Notes under the pieces: generated by a model
What the model was told of the DNA's origin: nothing
Databases searched by the model: none
The model's input: only the letters and a program-made list of their open reading frames with translations
Shown: one piece after another, positions 13,063 to 25,979 of the stretch
Position numbering within the stretch: position 1 is the first letter of the stretch
How the letters are laid out: each line of letters opens with the position of its first letter
Made by a program: the position numbers and the translations under genes
DNA from: Camelus ferus
Lineage: Eukaryota
Reading direction: 5' to 3'
Assembly: GCF_009834535.1 (NCBI RefSeq)
Contig: NC_045696.1
Span: 13,332,001-13,396,000, forward strand
DNA: 64,000 nucleotides

Positions 13063-14080
13063 TAAATATTTATTTTTCTTATTTTAACACCTAAGTACAT
13101 TATTGGAAATTCAGAAAATATAGGAAAAAAAGGAAAAAGAAAATTTAAAATTCTACCACTCAGAGACTTAACAATATCAAGATTTAGGTGTATTTTCTTC
13201 CAATCTGTTTTCCTTTTCAATATATAGATATACACTAGAATCATATTGCACATAAGATGTTGTGTTTTTGTGTTTTTCTCTTAATGACATTTCCTCTATT
13301 ATTTAATACTTAGCAAAATATAATTTTAATGCTGTATAATACTCCACTTCAAAAAACAAAAGTTTATTTAGATAACTCTATTGTTAGAAATATCTTTATT
13401 TACAATTCTTTGCTATCAAAAATAATGCTTCAATCAATATATCTTTGTGAAAAAATTGCTCATTTCCTCAATTCTTTTATATGAATTTCTGGGTTTAATA
13501 ATATGTTCATTTTAAAAGATCTTGATGCATATTGCCTAACTACCTTCAGGAAAGATTGCATCAATTCACATGTTTACCATTAGTACATAAAAGTGCACGT
13601 TTCTCTGAATTTCTAGGCACTGTAAATAAAAAAATCAATTCCTTGGGCAAAAACTTTGCAGTTGATGGTCATTTAAACCCACATTTCATTAACTATTAAT
13701 GAAGCTGAACATTTTCTAACGACATCCTGTTGTATTTCGTTGTAATTGTTCTTTCTTCAAAATTCTTTTTTAAATTAGAGGTGCTGGGGATTGAACCCAG
13801 GACCTTCTGCATGCTAAGCATGTGCTCTGCCACTGAGGTATACTCTCTCCCATTTCTCCCATTCTTAATTCCTGCTTCTCGCTCATTTTGAGTGGGGTAT
13901 CCATATTCATCTTGCGCATTTGTACATTAAAGAAATAAGTTATCTTCCCATATTTGCTTCAGATACTTTTTTTAACTTTGCTATACCTTTTAATTTTATT
14001 TAACTTGTTTTTTCTGATCATGAAAGTTTTATATTTTTATGTAATTTTATCCATCTTTTTATAGTGAAGACATTTACTCT
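13063..14080 (-). mobile_element. Ancient L1ME-type fragment
   Basis: 'aaaattctaccactcagaga', 'attgcctaactaccttcaggaaagattgcatcaattcac' antisense L1 motifs. Confidence 0.55.
13763..13851 (-). mobile_element. Vic-1-type tRNA(Ala)-derived SINE (camelid)
   Basis: Reverse complement reads gggagagagtatacctcagtggcagagcacatgcttagcatgcagaaggtcctgggttcaatccccagcacctc plus an A-rich tail; A-box and B-box-like motifs present. Confidence 0.85.
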
Positions 14081-14089
14081 TCTTTTTGG

Positions 14090-14535
14090 AAACTGTTTCC
14101 CACTCATGCCTCCTTACCATTCTTGTGGTGAGGCCGGAGTGGCCTGTTGTGCTATGGTGACAGCAGAGTATTTCAATATATGCTAATCCCTTTTGCTGGA
14201 CTTTTATATGAGGACCAAGAGAAAACAAGTTCATCTCTCTTCAGGGACCCAACCCATGAGACTGGAAGTTCAGCAGCTGTCAGCACATGACGGCCTTTCA
14301 TCATATTCACAGAGGGATGAAGGGAGCCGTGTGCAGAGATGAGAAAGAAGATGTACAGGGGAGATCAGAGATGAAAAATATCTTAATGGGGTTCAGGTGT
14401 CTGCTTCTAGTTATTTCTGGGGTGCAGCTACATCTTTGCCTTTGCATCTCCATAGACATATAATAAGTTCCCCTTTTCAAATTAAACTAATTCCATATAG
14501 GTTTTTGTTAAATGCAACCAGAGTTGTAACTGACA
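14090..14535 (+). mobile_element. MLT1K/L-type MaLR LTR
   Basis: 3' end 'aataagttccccttttcaaattaaactaattcc..ggtttttgttaaatgcaacc..taactgaca'. Confidence 0.6.
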
Positions 14536-15089
14536 TTTTATCTTTATGATTTTTTTTTTTTTTTTGCTGTAACGCTTAAAAATTTCTCCCTATTCTAAGA
14601 TTGGAGAAATATTGCCTAATTTTTTTTTCTGTTGATTTTTAAACATTAAGTATTCTAATGGATTTAGAATTTATTTTGTGTATAGTGTGAGGTAACCATC
14701 ATTTTAAAAATATATAACCAATCATGGAAACATAAATGAATATTCTTTTTTTTAAATATATTTTTATTTATTTATAGTTTACAATATTATGGTGTACATT
14801 AATGAATATTCTATACTAAAACAAATTGTAAAAATTAGACAAATGAATAGTAAATCTTGATTGGAGTTAAGATACATCTCCTGTATCTTTTAGTTTGGCT
14901 ATGAAGGATAAATAGAATCTTGACATGTACAGAAACAAAGGGAGTATATCATAGGCAGAGCATTGGAAAAGACTATGAAATTTGGAAAATATTGGCCAAT
15001 TTGGGACAGATGTTCCTGGAAATAAGTTAAACATTTCCCCTACCTTTTCACCTCCAGCTGAACAGAATTCAGCTGTGGCACCTCTTACT

Positions 15090-15240
15090 TTTGTATGGTA
15101 CTAATTTATTATTGTTAGTCACCCCTTTTGAACTATAAGCCTCAACTCTCTAAGTTGTATTTATAGTCTCAACAACTGTACAGAGCATTGCACAGAAAAA
15201 AGGTGGTCAGTGTATGTTTGTGAAATGGATGAGTAACAGA
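15090..15240 (+). mobile_element. L2 3' end
   Basis: 'gaactataagc..acagagcattgcacag..gtcagtgtatgtttgtgaaatggatgag'. Confidence 0.55.
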
Positions 15241-15668
15241 GTATGAGTTTTTACCAGCAAGAGAGGCAATGGGGAAACAGCCAAGAGGTTTGCCTGGAAT
15301 ATTAATATGATCTAATCTGGGTTTTAATCAGGTTGTTGTATAATTATAATTCCATAATATATATTTGCAGTGTCTTTAAACTTTTTGCTTTGTTATTTTC
15401 TGTGGTTGTTTTCAAACAAGGCAGGTATAATTTGCCTATTACACACATCGTCCCATGGTTATACTTGGTATTTCAAAGGCCAGTCTCTAATCATAAATAC
15501 AAAGTACTAGCTAAGAGTAACGATTGATTCTTTTCTGAATATCAAATGCTGAAATTAAACAAATGTATTTTGTGTAAGTCATTAAAAATGTGAATCAACC
15601 AGGAAGAACAATGAAAAAACAAAAATCAATGTGCATTTGCAATGTAGAAGACATTTCTGGTTAGTAGC

Positions 15669-15743
15669 TAGGGTGACTAACAATCCTGAGTTGCCCGGGT
15701 TGCAGGATTCTCAGTGCTAAGAACAGGACAGTAAGTTGCCCTA
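15669..15743. mobile_element. MER81/MER94-type hAT-Blackjack MITE (internally deleted)
   Basis: 'tagggtgactaacaatcctgagttgcccggg..tctcagtgctaa..ttgcccta' with tagggtga/cccta termini. Confidence 0.7.
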
Positions 15744-16597
15744 TAACTTGACCAATATGAACATACTGAAGTTTACCAAAATTAGGTGGGTATCTGTGTG
15801 CAGGACTGGGTAGTGTAACTCACATTACCTGAAAGCACTGTGATACATTTTATCCTTCCTATGTTACAAATGGGAGAGCACCTCCGGCAATGTAATTGCA
15901 AGGACTGGAGAAAGGAGTGAGAAACTTCAGACTGTAAAAGTTAACTCTAGTTGTAAGTGCTTTTTATAGCTTTGATTCTAATTTCCACTGGGATTCTTTA
16001 TAAATAAATCTGTCTGTCTCTCAACTTTTTAACTTACCAAACAGAGCTGATAACATGACATGACAACAGAGATATGATAATGCTGAATGACTGAGAGCAC
16101 TCTGCAAGCACTGTGCCAGTTTTCCACTGATGCCTAATCTTCTCTGAAGATGGAATTAGTCAGACATTTTATTATTTTCATTAGAATTCAGAGTCCAGCT
16201 TTTCATAGGACAAGGGACAGTGAATTGTAGCTTGTGATTGGATGAACTCTTAAATGTTCTTGGGGATTGGAGATCATTGATTACCTTATCTCTCATAAAT
16301 GTCCTGTAGAGCTGGGTAGGAATCCTTTCTCGTTGCCATGGAACTCAATAGGATTCTGGAATGCATGACAGGGTGGAGACACTTGTTCATAATGAGCACC
16401 ATAAATTGAGCTAAAATTGCATTCAATTTCATAGCACAGGAGGATTCACTAATGACTGCTGATGGTGGGTCTGAGAGTCCGCAATGACCCTGGGACCATC
16501 ATAATCAACTGATGAAAGCTAGCTCAAGGGGAAAAGGAACTCACGCCATCCTCTGCGTGCTAGGGTGAGGAGAGAGGGGACCATAAGACTCAGGAGC

Positions 16598-16927
16598 CAG
16601 GGTTGGGTCTAGGGTGAGGCAAGTGAGGCATTCATTTAGGATATACAATTTAAGGGGACACCAAAAAAGTCTGGAATCAAGAAAAGTAGTATTTCAGTTC
16701 AATATTTTAAAAATCTAAAAGTAATGCAAAAAAAAATCTCTGTATAACTGAAAAAATTGTGCTCTACACTGGAAATTGACACAACATTGTAAACTGACTG
16801 TAACTCAATACAAAAAATGTTAACAAAAATCTATGATGAATAAAATACCTAGGCTGCCGATAAAGTCAGGATCCTTAAGGTGCAGTTCAAGCCCACGCTC
16901 ACTCACCTTCTCCTAACCCTGCGCCTG
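16598..16927. mobile_element. ORSL-type hAT-Tip100 element
   Basis: 'cagggttgggtctagggtgaggcaagtgaggca..aatttaagggg..ccaaaaaa' and inverted end 'ctcactcaccttctcctaaccctgcgcctg'. Confidence 0.75.
16740..16824 (+). mobile_element. Very short L1 3' end inserted in ORSL
   Basis: 'ctacactggaaattgacacaacattgtaaactgactgtaactcaata' plus A-rich tail; TSD aaaaatct at 16732-16739 and 16825-16832. Confidence 0.8.
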
Positions 16928-17129
16928 CCCAGGTCTATACTGAGGGAGCTGTGGGCCACAGTCACTTTGCAGAGTAGCCTTCTCACCAATGTGTTGTTGG
17001 TTGTAGATTCAGCCATCTGGAGTGTAGTGTGTCTACCTCGGTGATGAGGTAAAAAAGTTAACAGCACTTCCCAATATATCTCCTTTCTACTGGAGTGTCG
17101 CTTAGGCACTAAAGATAGATTTCCTATAT

Positions 17130-17600
17130 AAATTAAGCACTCTCTAAGTGCCAACCACTGTGCTAAGGGCTTTATGTTATTATTTACATTATTATCTTAC
17201 TATAATCCCTTCAGTTAATTATTTTATGAGATATATACTGCCATCCCTAGTTTCCTTTTTTAAAATTGAAGTGTAGTCAGTTATAATGTATCAGTTACAA
17301 TGTGTCAATTTCTGATGTACAGCATAATGTTTCAGTCATACATATATTCATTTTCATATTATTTTTCATTATAGGTTACTATAAGATATTGAATATAGTT
17401 CCCTGTTCTACACAGAATAAATTTGTTATTTTTATCTATTTTTATATGTAGTAGTTAATATTTGCAAATCTGATCTCTATTTTCTGGAAAAGCAAACTAA
17501 GGCTTAGAGATGATAAACAGCTTTCCCACTGCCACATATCTGGTAAATAGTGGTAAATATTAGAACTTGGTTGGAATTGCGCCAGTATGGTTACAAAACC
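17130..17600 (-). mobile_element. MIR SINE split by an L1 insertion
   Basis: 'taagcact..gtgccaaccactgtgctaag..' on the left resumes as 'gcaaactaaggcttagaga..ccacatatctggtaaatagtgg' on the right. Confidence 0.7.
17256..17470 (-). mobile_element. 5'-truncated L1 3' UTR (cetartiodactyl type)
   Basis: T-tail then 'attgaagtgtagtcagtt..ataagatattgaatatagttccctg..gtagtagttaatatttgcaaatc'; degraded TSD atccctagtttc / atctctattttc. Confidence 0.85.
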
Positions 17601-19839
17601 CTTATTTTCGTTTATTACTCATCCATTGACCCCCTAAAAAGCACAGAACTAAGTGAAGTAACTAAATGCTTATAAGCAATTGCCCATGTGTATCTGACAC
17701 AAATGACTAAATAAAAAAAGAAACATGCAGAAACCTAGTTTGCCAGGAAGTATATCCTGAGAAATTCACTGAAGGCAAGAACAGAATTGCTGTTGGTGTG
17801 TGCCATTGTTAAGAAAGTGACAGCAAGAGGCACGATTGTTAATAAAGTGATGGTGAGAGGACTGGGTAACTCAGGGTCTCAGCTTTATTGCCAGGTTTAT
17901 GACTCAACAGTGCATCAAAGAGATGTCATGGATCTTGTATCTTGCAAAAACTTTACTTGCACGATGATTTTATTATACATTGGACAGAGCTTTGAAAGAA
18001 GCAGGTATCAGTAGCACTTGGCAAAGCATGATCACGTGTGTTGATTCCTGACCACACAGACCCACAGTGGGTGAGTTGTCTGCTTTGAGAATAAGTATAC
18101 AGTCCAAGGGCATGATAGGAGATGCTCTGTTACTGGGCATTCCTGTGCTCTGGGTCTACAGTAATCCCATCTCAGAATCTTGTCACTCAAAGACACCCTT
18201 TAAATTTCTGCAGGGAGCAGTTGGGAAAGAGAAATGGAAAGCCTGTTTCTGTAAAAAAAAATTATAATGTACAAAACTCACAGCGGTATTTCTTTTGCCT
18301 TTGCACTTTGCTCCAACATCTGTTCAAGTCAGAATAGATTTTACTTTGGAAATAAAAAAGTGGATACAAAATTCATGCCTTTGAGCCAGTGTTTATACTA
18401 GAAAGGTATATAAAAGTGCTTACTTTATCCAGATGGAATTTCTTTTCCTAAGGATAGTGTATTTTATGGATTTTCAGCTTCATTCACTCAAGATTTGAGG
18501 AATTGTTTCTTGAGACTATTTTAAGAGGCCTATTGACAAGGCAAGATCTTAACACTTCTGGGATTTTTGATGGATAAAGTTATAGTTTTCAAATTTAGAG
18601 AACAGAGTTTTTACCTTCATTGCCAGGAATTGTTACATTTCTTTGTCAGAATATAGTTTTTGTAAAATTAAGCCTGCATTCTTTCAGAACTTAAAATATG
18701 AAAGTTTTAAATATTCAACTAAGTCTCAACGAAGAAAGATAAGAACCTGTGTTCAAGAGATTTTTCCCTCCAGCCAGCATGGTCTTCTGTCCCTGTCAGA
18801 AACTGTCACTCTGAAAGCTCTGCAGTATGTCCCCACACCCTTTGACAACAGCTTCTGTTCTACGTGAAAATCCCATTATGCTCATTAAGCAATGGAATTC
18901 ACTTTTTTCCCAAGGGGATTAGTTGCAACTAAGAGAGACATTTCCCAAAGGACCGATTGGCATAATTCACATTTCAAGACTTTGAAGCAACCTGTTCCTC
19001 TTTCGTTTTAAAGAAAAAAAGGTTATTTATCTTGATTTACTTACATAATGTATTATTACATAGACTATAATTGATTTTACAAATACAGGTTAAAAGCTAA
19101 TTATATCAGAGATTCATCCCTGAATTTTCTTCTCTTTCATTTAGAAAATACTTTAATGTAGAAAAGAACCCTGAGCTACTCAAGAATTCACTGAAATTTG
19201 GACATCCTGGTTTCTAATCAGATTTCTTCTGATCGCGTTTCTCCATTTTAGTCTATATTTTAAAAGAAGTAGAAAAGAAAATTATTTATCCAGATAATAG
19301 AACTCATACTATGGCTCCCCAGACCCCAAGGTATGTTGATCATAACGGTTATATCATTGAATGTAAATATGGTTTGTAGTTTTTGAAACAGTGTGTACCT
19401 ACTTCTCAGTGTGTTCACATTTCAGGGTGTACAAATTACTTTATTGTTTTATTTTCTATACAAAATATAGCTTCTTTTACATTCAGCCATTTGGATTCTA
19501 CTGGCATATTTCCCAGTTTACAAACTAGTGTCAGTTATGACATATCAGCCTACTCTGATTCAGGAAAGCCCTTCTACCCCTCAGTGCCTCTGCTAATGTA
19601 CATGCTTCTGGGGTCCAGTTCCTTTCCATTGGAAACTGAATTTGGGTTGTTCATTTGAGGTCGATAGAGCAACTGTGGAATGTAAGCAGCAGTGGCGTAT
19701 GGATCTTATTCTAGTAGAGTGGACTGAAACTCCCAAGCACCCTCTGAAACAGCTGGTGGGCTCCTGGAACTTCAGGGACACCTCTGAGGGATGAGAACTT
19801 AGCATAACCTGCAAGATGAATCTGCAGACAATTACCCTA

Positions 19840-19858
19840 CCATGCCCCCTGCTGGAAC
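19840..19858 (-). promoter_or_regulatory. Candidate CTCF site
   Basis: Reverse complement gttCCAGCAGGGGGCAtgg matches the CTCF core CCASYAGRKGGCR; lies in unique sequence. Confidence 0.45.
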
Positions 19859-20647
19859 ATTCTTATCTGGCTCAGAATCACGTCCATGAGAAATCACTAC
19901 TTCCCTCGTTAAACACAAGCATCCCAGAACCGCTGTTAGAGTTCACATCCCAATGATATTACAAGAACTTCATCATTCTTACTAAGTTGCACATCTTTAC
20001 TTTGTAGATATTTTTGTGAATTTATAGACATTTACCAGATAGAATATCTGATAAAATATAAGGCTTTGGGGGACATTATTGATGAAAAGGCCACGGAGAC
20101 CTGTCATCTTCCCTTAAAATGTTCACAGCAGGTTGCATGTAGAATGTCCAAAGCTGTGGAGGAGACCTCTAAGTTCCTTCCACCCGAAGGACTTTGGAAA
20201 GCTGAGACAACAGTGGGCAAGACATGCAAGTGACTAAGAAGAAATTCATTCATGGGAGAAAAAGAATCAAAGAGAGTAGCAAAAAAAGTACATATGAAAA
20301 AGTGAAAAATGAAGAAGAGCCAGAAAAGAGTCACATACTATGTTCCCTGAGTGAAGAACATATAAACAAGCACATAAGCAAACAAATAAAAAGTGCTTTA
20401 GAAGCAGGATGTCCCAGGCTCAACAACCCGCAAGACTTCTGACTGGACCAAGAAAAAACACTATGTACTCAGGACTAGTGAAATTGTCAAGTGTGTTAGT
20501 GGTTATTTGGTATGTCTTCCATCTACCCTTCCATTTGTATTGTCCCTCCAAATGCCCACACATTCTTCCTGACTCCCCTGCTCTGTTGCAAGGAATACAA
20601 CAGACAAACTTGGAGCTGCATGATGTGAGTGGGAGGCATGGAAGAGG

Positions 20648-21330
20648 CTGCCACATGATCCAGCAATTCCACTTCTGGGTATATGTCAGAAGGAATCGAA
20701 ATAAGCATCTCAAAGAGATGCTTGCACACCTGTGTTCACTGCAGCATATTCACTATAGCCAAGATATAGAAACAACCTAAATGTCCTTTGACAAATAAAT
20801 AGGTAAAGCAATTAAGCAATATATTTATACAATAAAATATTATTCAGCCTTTAAAAAAAGAAAAAAATCCTGTTATTTGTAAGACTCTGGAGGTTATTTT
20901 GCTAAATGAAGTAAGCCAGGCAGAGAAAGACAAATACTGCACAGTGTCACGTATACATGGAATCAGAAAGAAAAAAATAAAAGACATCTAATTAGAAGTC
21001 CAGAGAATAGAATGGTGATTGCCAGGGGCTGGGGGAGGGGAGAAAACAGGGTGATACAGTCCAAATAGTATGGATTTTCCAACATGAGAAGAATAAGTTC
21101 AGAAGATCTAATGCACATCGTGGCAACTAAGGTATCATTGAAAGCTGCTGAGAGCAGATCTTAAGCAGTCTCGCCATGCCATGAAGTTAACTACATGACA
21201 TGACGGATGTGTTAATTATCTTGCTCTTGGTAATCATTCTCAACATATAGTTATATCAAATCATCTCGTTGCACACTTTAAATATATACAATTATATTTG
21301 TCTATTATTCCTCAATAAAGTTTTCCAAAA
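20648..21330 (+). mobile_element. L1MA/MB-type LINE 3' end (ORF2 C-terminal remnant plus 3' UTR)
   Basis: 'atgatccagcaattccacttctgggtatat', 'aacaacctaaatgtcc', 'aaatgaagtaagccaggcagagaaagacaaatactgc', ending aataaag. Confidence 0.85.
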
Positions 21331-24300
21331 AGAGGCTTTCCGTGATAAAATTAATAAAGATAGTTATCTTTCCTCAGAGAAAAGGTGAAAAAGACTTATT
21401 TTCTAAGCAATTCAGGTTCCTCAAAAGGCCCACCGATAATTAGGTTTAATTAAAATCAGCCTCTGACCTCAGAAGGGCTTGGGTGGCTCACCCTGGCACA
21501 ATGACATGTTCTGGGCTGTGCTGTTCTCTCTGTGGTCCTTCCTGGCAGCGGCTGCTCTAATTAGAAGTCTAGACATTCAGCAAGACAGGGATGACCAGTG
21601 GCAACTTTGGCTGCTTCATTTCAAACAATGCCTGATTGGAGAATGTTATCAGAAAGCTGAATAAAAAAAGCAAGACTGATCCTCATATTTTCCTTTTTAG
21701 CCATTGTAAAGATTTAAAGAATGAAAAATACGTATGATTGCATAACTTGTATGAAAATCATCTGAAGGAGAGTTAGACAACAGAAATACTATTAATTCTC
21801 TATTTCCCAGCAGCTTACTCTGCTGGTTGCCAACATGCCCTTTGCTACCTTCCAGTCACATGAGAGGAAAAAAGAAAAGTTGAACTGAGATTTGTCAAGA
21901 AACTGCCTAATTATATTGAGATTCTATGACTAAAAAAATGTCTAGAAATATATTCAATGAAATGTTAATAGCAGTTAATTTTAGGAAATTAGATTATAGA
22001 TGATTTTAATTTTTTTCTTTATATCTCAATCTTAAATTTTCTTCAAATAGCATCAACTACTTGGTAATAGAATGTCCTAAAATATTTATTTGCTAGATGC
22101 ATTGTTTGGATATTTTCTCCTTTCAATGAAAAAAAATTATTCTATTTATTCCTTTAATTTTGAAATTTGAGAACGCTAAACTAATCTTCAGCAAATAAGT
22201 TGAAATATTAACCAATGAAATTTTATCCTCATTATAGAAGTGTCTCGTATAGAATCTTAACCCTTAAATTTATTCCAATAATTTATTTTTAAAGAAAAAG
22301 TCTATAGTTTAATTTTTAATTTTGTTTTACAGATTTGGTAAACTATTGGCCTTCATTTTTGTTATCAGTAGTTTTAGAATAATTTTCCTCCAGTTTCTCG
22401 GATGAAAAGAATCATAGGCATGGGGAAAAAATGCTTTATTAAAAACACAAAAGAGATAAACGGATTCCCAGAATCTCCATGTGAGCGACTCAGAAGTTTG
22501 TTTTTTGTTTGTTAATTTGTTTTAATAAGCTCCCCAGTTGATTCTTATCAGAGAAGTTGGGAAGCTCTGTTTCAGGGTGCAAGTTTCCTCATGTTGGAAC
22601 CGTCTGTAAGCATCTTCACAGACCATGCACATGGAACAATGGACCAGCCTTTATAAATATTCCTGGGGCTGGATAGTGGAATGATTGTACTCCTGGTATT
22701 TTTACTCCTTTCTTTTGTTCTAACTACAATATTGTTTTTACTCTGTCTATACTTTCTAAGAAGAAGTACAGAAGCAGCTCTATACAAAGAATTGCCCTTT
22801 CTTTCTTAGCATTAGCCTTGTGGTATCACTGGTATGTAAATGAAAGTAGATGCAGAGTAACAGTTTGATCCATAGGTCTTATCCTTCAATGTCCACACAC
22901 AAACCAACGTAATCAGAAATAATTTTCTTAAGATTCACTTGGGCTACAAACACAGCAGAAGATAGCGTTAACATGAATATACCCTTAGCCACCAAACCAA
23001 CACTTACGGCCAAGCAATTAACCAGATAACTCCTCTAGTACAAAGTCAGTCAAAATGGCTGTGTTAATGTCCAACATTTTGCAACTGACTCATTTTTATG
23101 ATGTGGATAATTATAATGCAATTACACGCTGTTTAAAAAAAAAAAAAAAAAGAGCCTACATCGCGGGTACTTCTTGTGTTTCAGGAGAGAGTTAAGTCAG
23201 GTGTCTGAGGTTTGAGTCTTGGTCCTCTGGACAAATTATCAGTCTGGCAGGATTCATTTCTTCATCAGCTGAAGGCTGTTTATATATTTGGAATTCCACA
23301 TTCTCGTCTTCATTAGTGAATCCTACAGCATGGAGTGAAAACAGACTGCACCCCGCCCCCCACCATTTACAGCTTTTATGGAAGTGTTAAAATATGCAAG
23401 AACTGGGAGTACTTTAGTTGGAAGCCAAACGGATTCTACAACCAAATATGGGTGAGATGTTTTTATGAGACCGTTGACTTCTTTTCAAAGAACACATTAT
23501 ATATTTTTTTAGAAGGCTGCATTTTCTCAGTAATGATTTAAGAATACTTAGCTCACATTGATGAAATAAATACTTTCCCAGTGATGTGGAACAATTTGAT
23601 AGAAGACCATATGGGCTCTAATTCTTATGCATAATAAGGCCTGAATTAAGGGGCTACAGGAGCCCTAAGTAAGTGCTTCTTTTAACATTCTCGCTTTGTG
23701 GGAGCACATAATGTCTTCTTAATGTATTTTTTTTCTCAATTGAATTTTCTTCGTTTTTTCCTGGAGGTTTTAAAGTAGAAACCTGGCATTCAGATTTAAT
23801 TCCATTTTCATGTTTGTTACATGATTTTTCATCGACTTCAGTGGAATTCCTTCACAAAGCTACCAGAACTTTGGCCACTTTGTCACCTATAATAAAACTC
23901 TACTGCCACATGAGGTGTTTAAAATTATTAATTACGTTTTATTCAAGAGTCTGTTCAGCGAACACCCCAGCTGGAAAAATATGTTCTCATCAAATGCTCC
24001 AGCTGCAGGAGATTGCAAATAAGGTGACTGTCTCCAACAGCCTTCAAATAAGAAATAAGAAACCGAAAGCATAGTAAATATCATAAGTACCGTGAAAAAT
24101 GGCCCTGGCACATGCTAACAGATCACTTCTAATATGTAAACATCAGAGAGTAAGCAACAACACATCAGTGCTGCTTTTCCACATCAAGGGAAAAGGATGA
24201 GTGACTCACTGTGCTTTACCTTTTCCAACTTTCAGGTGTCTTCCTTGGCAAAAAGAACTTGAAATCACCAGGGCGATTTTTCTCTTTGATGGCTTTGTGG

Positions 24301-25289
24301 CTCAATGAGGCAAAAAGCATATAAGTTATTTAAATACAAATGGATTGATAAATCTCCATGTCATGCTGGAGCACAGCATGAGGGACGCAGCTGAGGTTTT
24401 AAAGCCTATGCTCCTCTCCCTCAACAGTTTATTGTAGAAAAACAGAGAGACTGCATACCACCAGGTGTAGCCGTAACACAGTACTATTAGAGCTTTAGCT
24501 TCATTGTCAGAAAGTTCATTTAAATGTCCATAAAACCATCTTGATACAAAGAATGAACTGTAATAGCTTATAATTATGATAGTGCATAAAGTATGCCTCA
24601 CAACCCATTACAAAGCCATAATTTTAGCATAAAAACCATAAACCAGGAGAACAAAACTTGAGAACTTCAAAATAAAATTATAGCTTTTGTAAGAGCCCAA
24701 CAGAGCATACCTTTTTTTTCTCCTCCACAATAAATGATTGTCTCATCTGATTCCCACATGCCAAACAAGGGTGGATTTCTGATTTTTCAGACTTTACACG
24801 ATAGCACTTTCCCTAAGGTATCTTCGAACTGGAGCATTAATACATTTTCAAAAGAGATTTTAATACCCTTTAGAATGAGACCTGGTTCCAGATGGAAGGA
24901 TGGTTATTATTCACTCATGTCAAAATGGGGAAATTAGGTATTTTGATCATCAAACCGATGTAGTAGGGTTGAATGAGATTTATTAGTCTTTATGTGAACA
25001 GAGGAAAGTGAATATTTAAGAATTATATGATATGAAAATAAGCAAGTTCTCAATGCCAGAATTTTTAACCTTTTACCAGCTTTCTTGATCCATTTTTGGG
25101 GTTACTTTAAAGCACTCTAGTTTTTCTCATAGTTATATGGATGATACACATTTCACATGACATTAACAAGCCAAAGAGCTCTTTAAATCTAACCATACAT
25201 ATTTCTATATATAACCTTCTAAAACTGAAAGTCAAAATATGCATACTTCAAAATGTGCTTTTAAAACATATCATTTGTTATTATCATTG

Positions 25290-25720
25290 TTGAAATAATA
25301 TTATACATAAAGAATAAAATTAAAATCCCCTATAATCCCATCACCAAGAGGTACATTTGAGTGTATCTTTTGGATATATATTTTCAAAACATTGTTAAAT
25401 TCTATGTATAGTTTAATATAATTTATTTTTCAGAAAAACATTATATTGTGATCATTTTCATGTCATTAGCAATCATCTAATATCCCATTTAATAGTTGTG
25501 TAAAAACTTTATTTATTATAATTTATCTAATTCTTCTTATGTACAAATATTTAGGTTGCTTAACAGTTTTCTGGTATTACTTATAGATGCGTACATATTA
25601 CCTAAATCTATCTACTGCTCTAATTATTATTTTAAAATTAATTTTTAGAAGTGAAACAGAAGATAAGGGCATATTTTTAGATCTTAATACAATTTGCTAA
25701 ATTATAATGACAGATTTGGA
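25290..25720 (-). mobile_element. Ancient L1ME fragment
   Basis: 'aaaatcccctataatcccatcacc', 'atttaggttg', 'tttttagaagtgaaa'. Confidence 0.5.
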
Positions 25721-25979
25721 AATTGTTTATCACACTGGTTTTTTGAAAATGAATTTTCAGACATAGAAAATATTAGAATTTTCTCTAATTGTAAAACATG
25801 ATGTAATGGTACTATATATTGACAATGACTTCAGAATCCTCTCTAATCTATGATATCTGGAGTAGAAACTACTGTCTTTGCTCTAGTCCCGTGGGATCCA
25901 AGCCCCAAGATGGGTCATTTGGCCAGGCCACCCGTTGTGGGAATGCAAAGAAGAAAGCCTGAGAGCATGGATGTGGGGA

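Noticed and set aside
13763..13851. Possible tRNA-Ala gene
   Set aside because: Mismatched acceptor stem, A-rich tail and location inside an old L1 indicate a SINE.
20224..20442. K/E-rich 72-aa ORF as a possible processed pseudogene
   Set aside because: A-rich compositional bias; no recognisable protein, tail or TSD.
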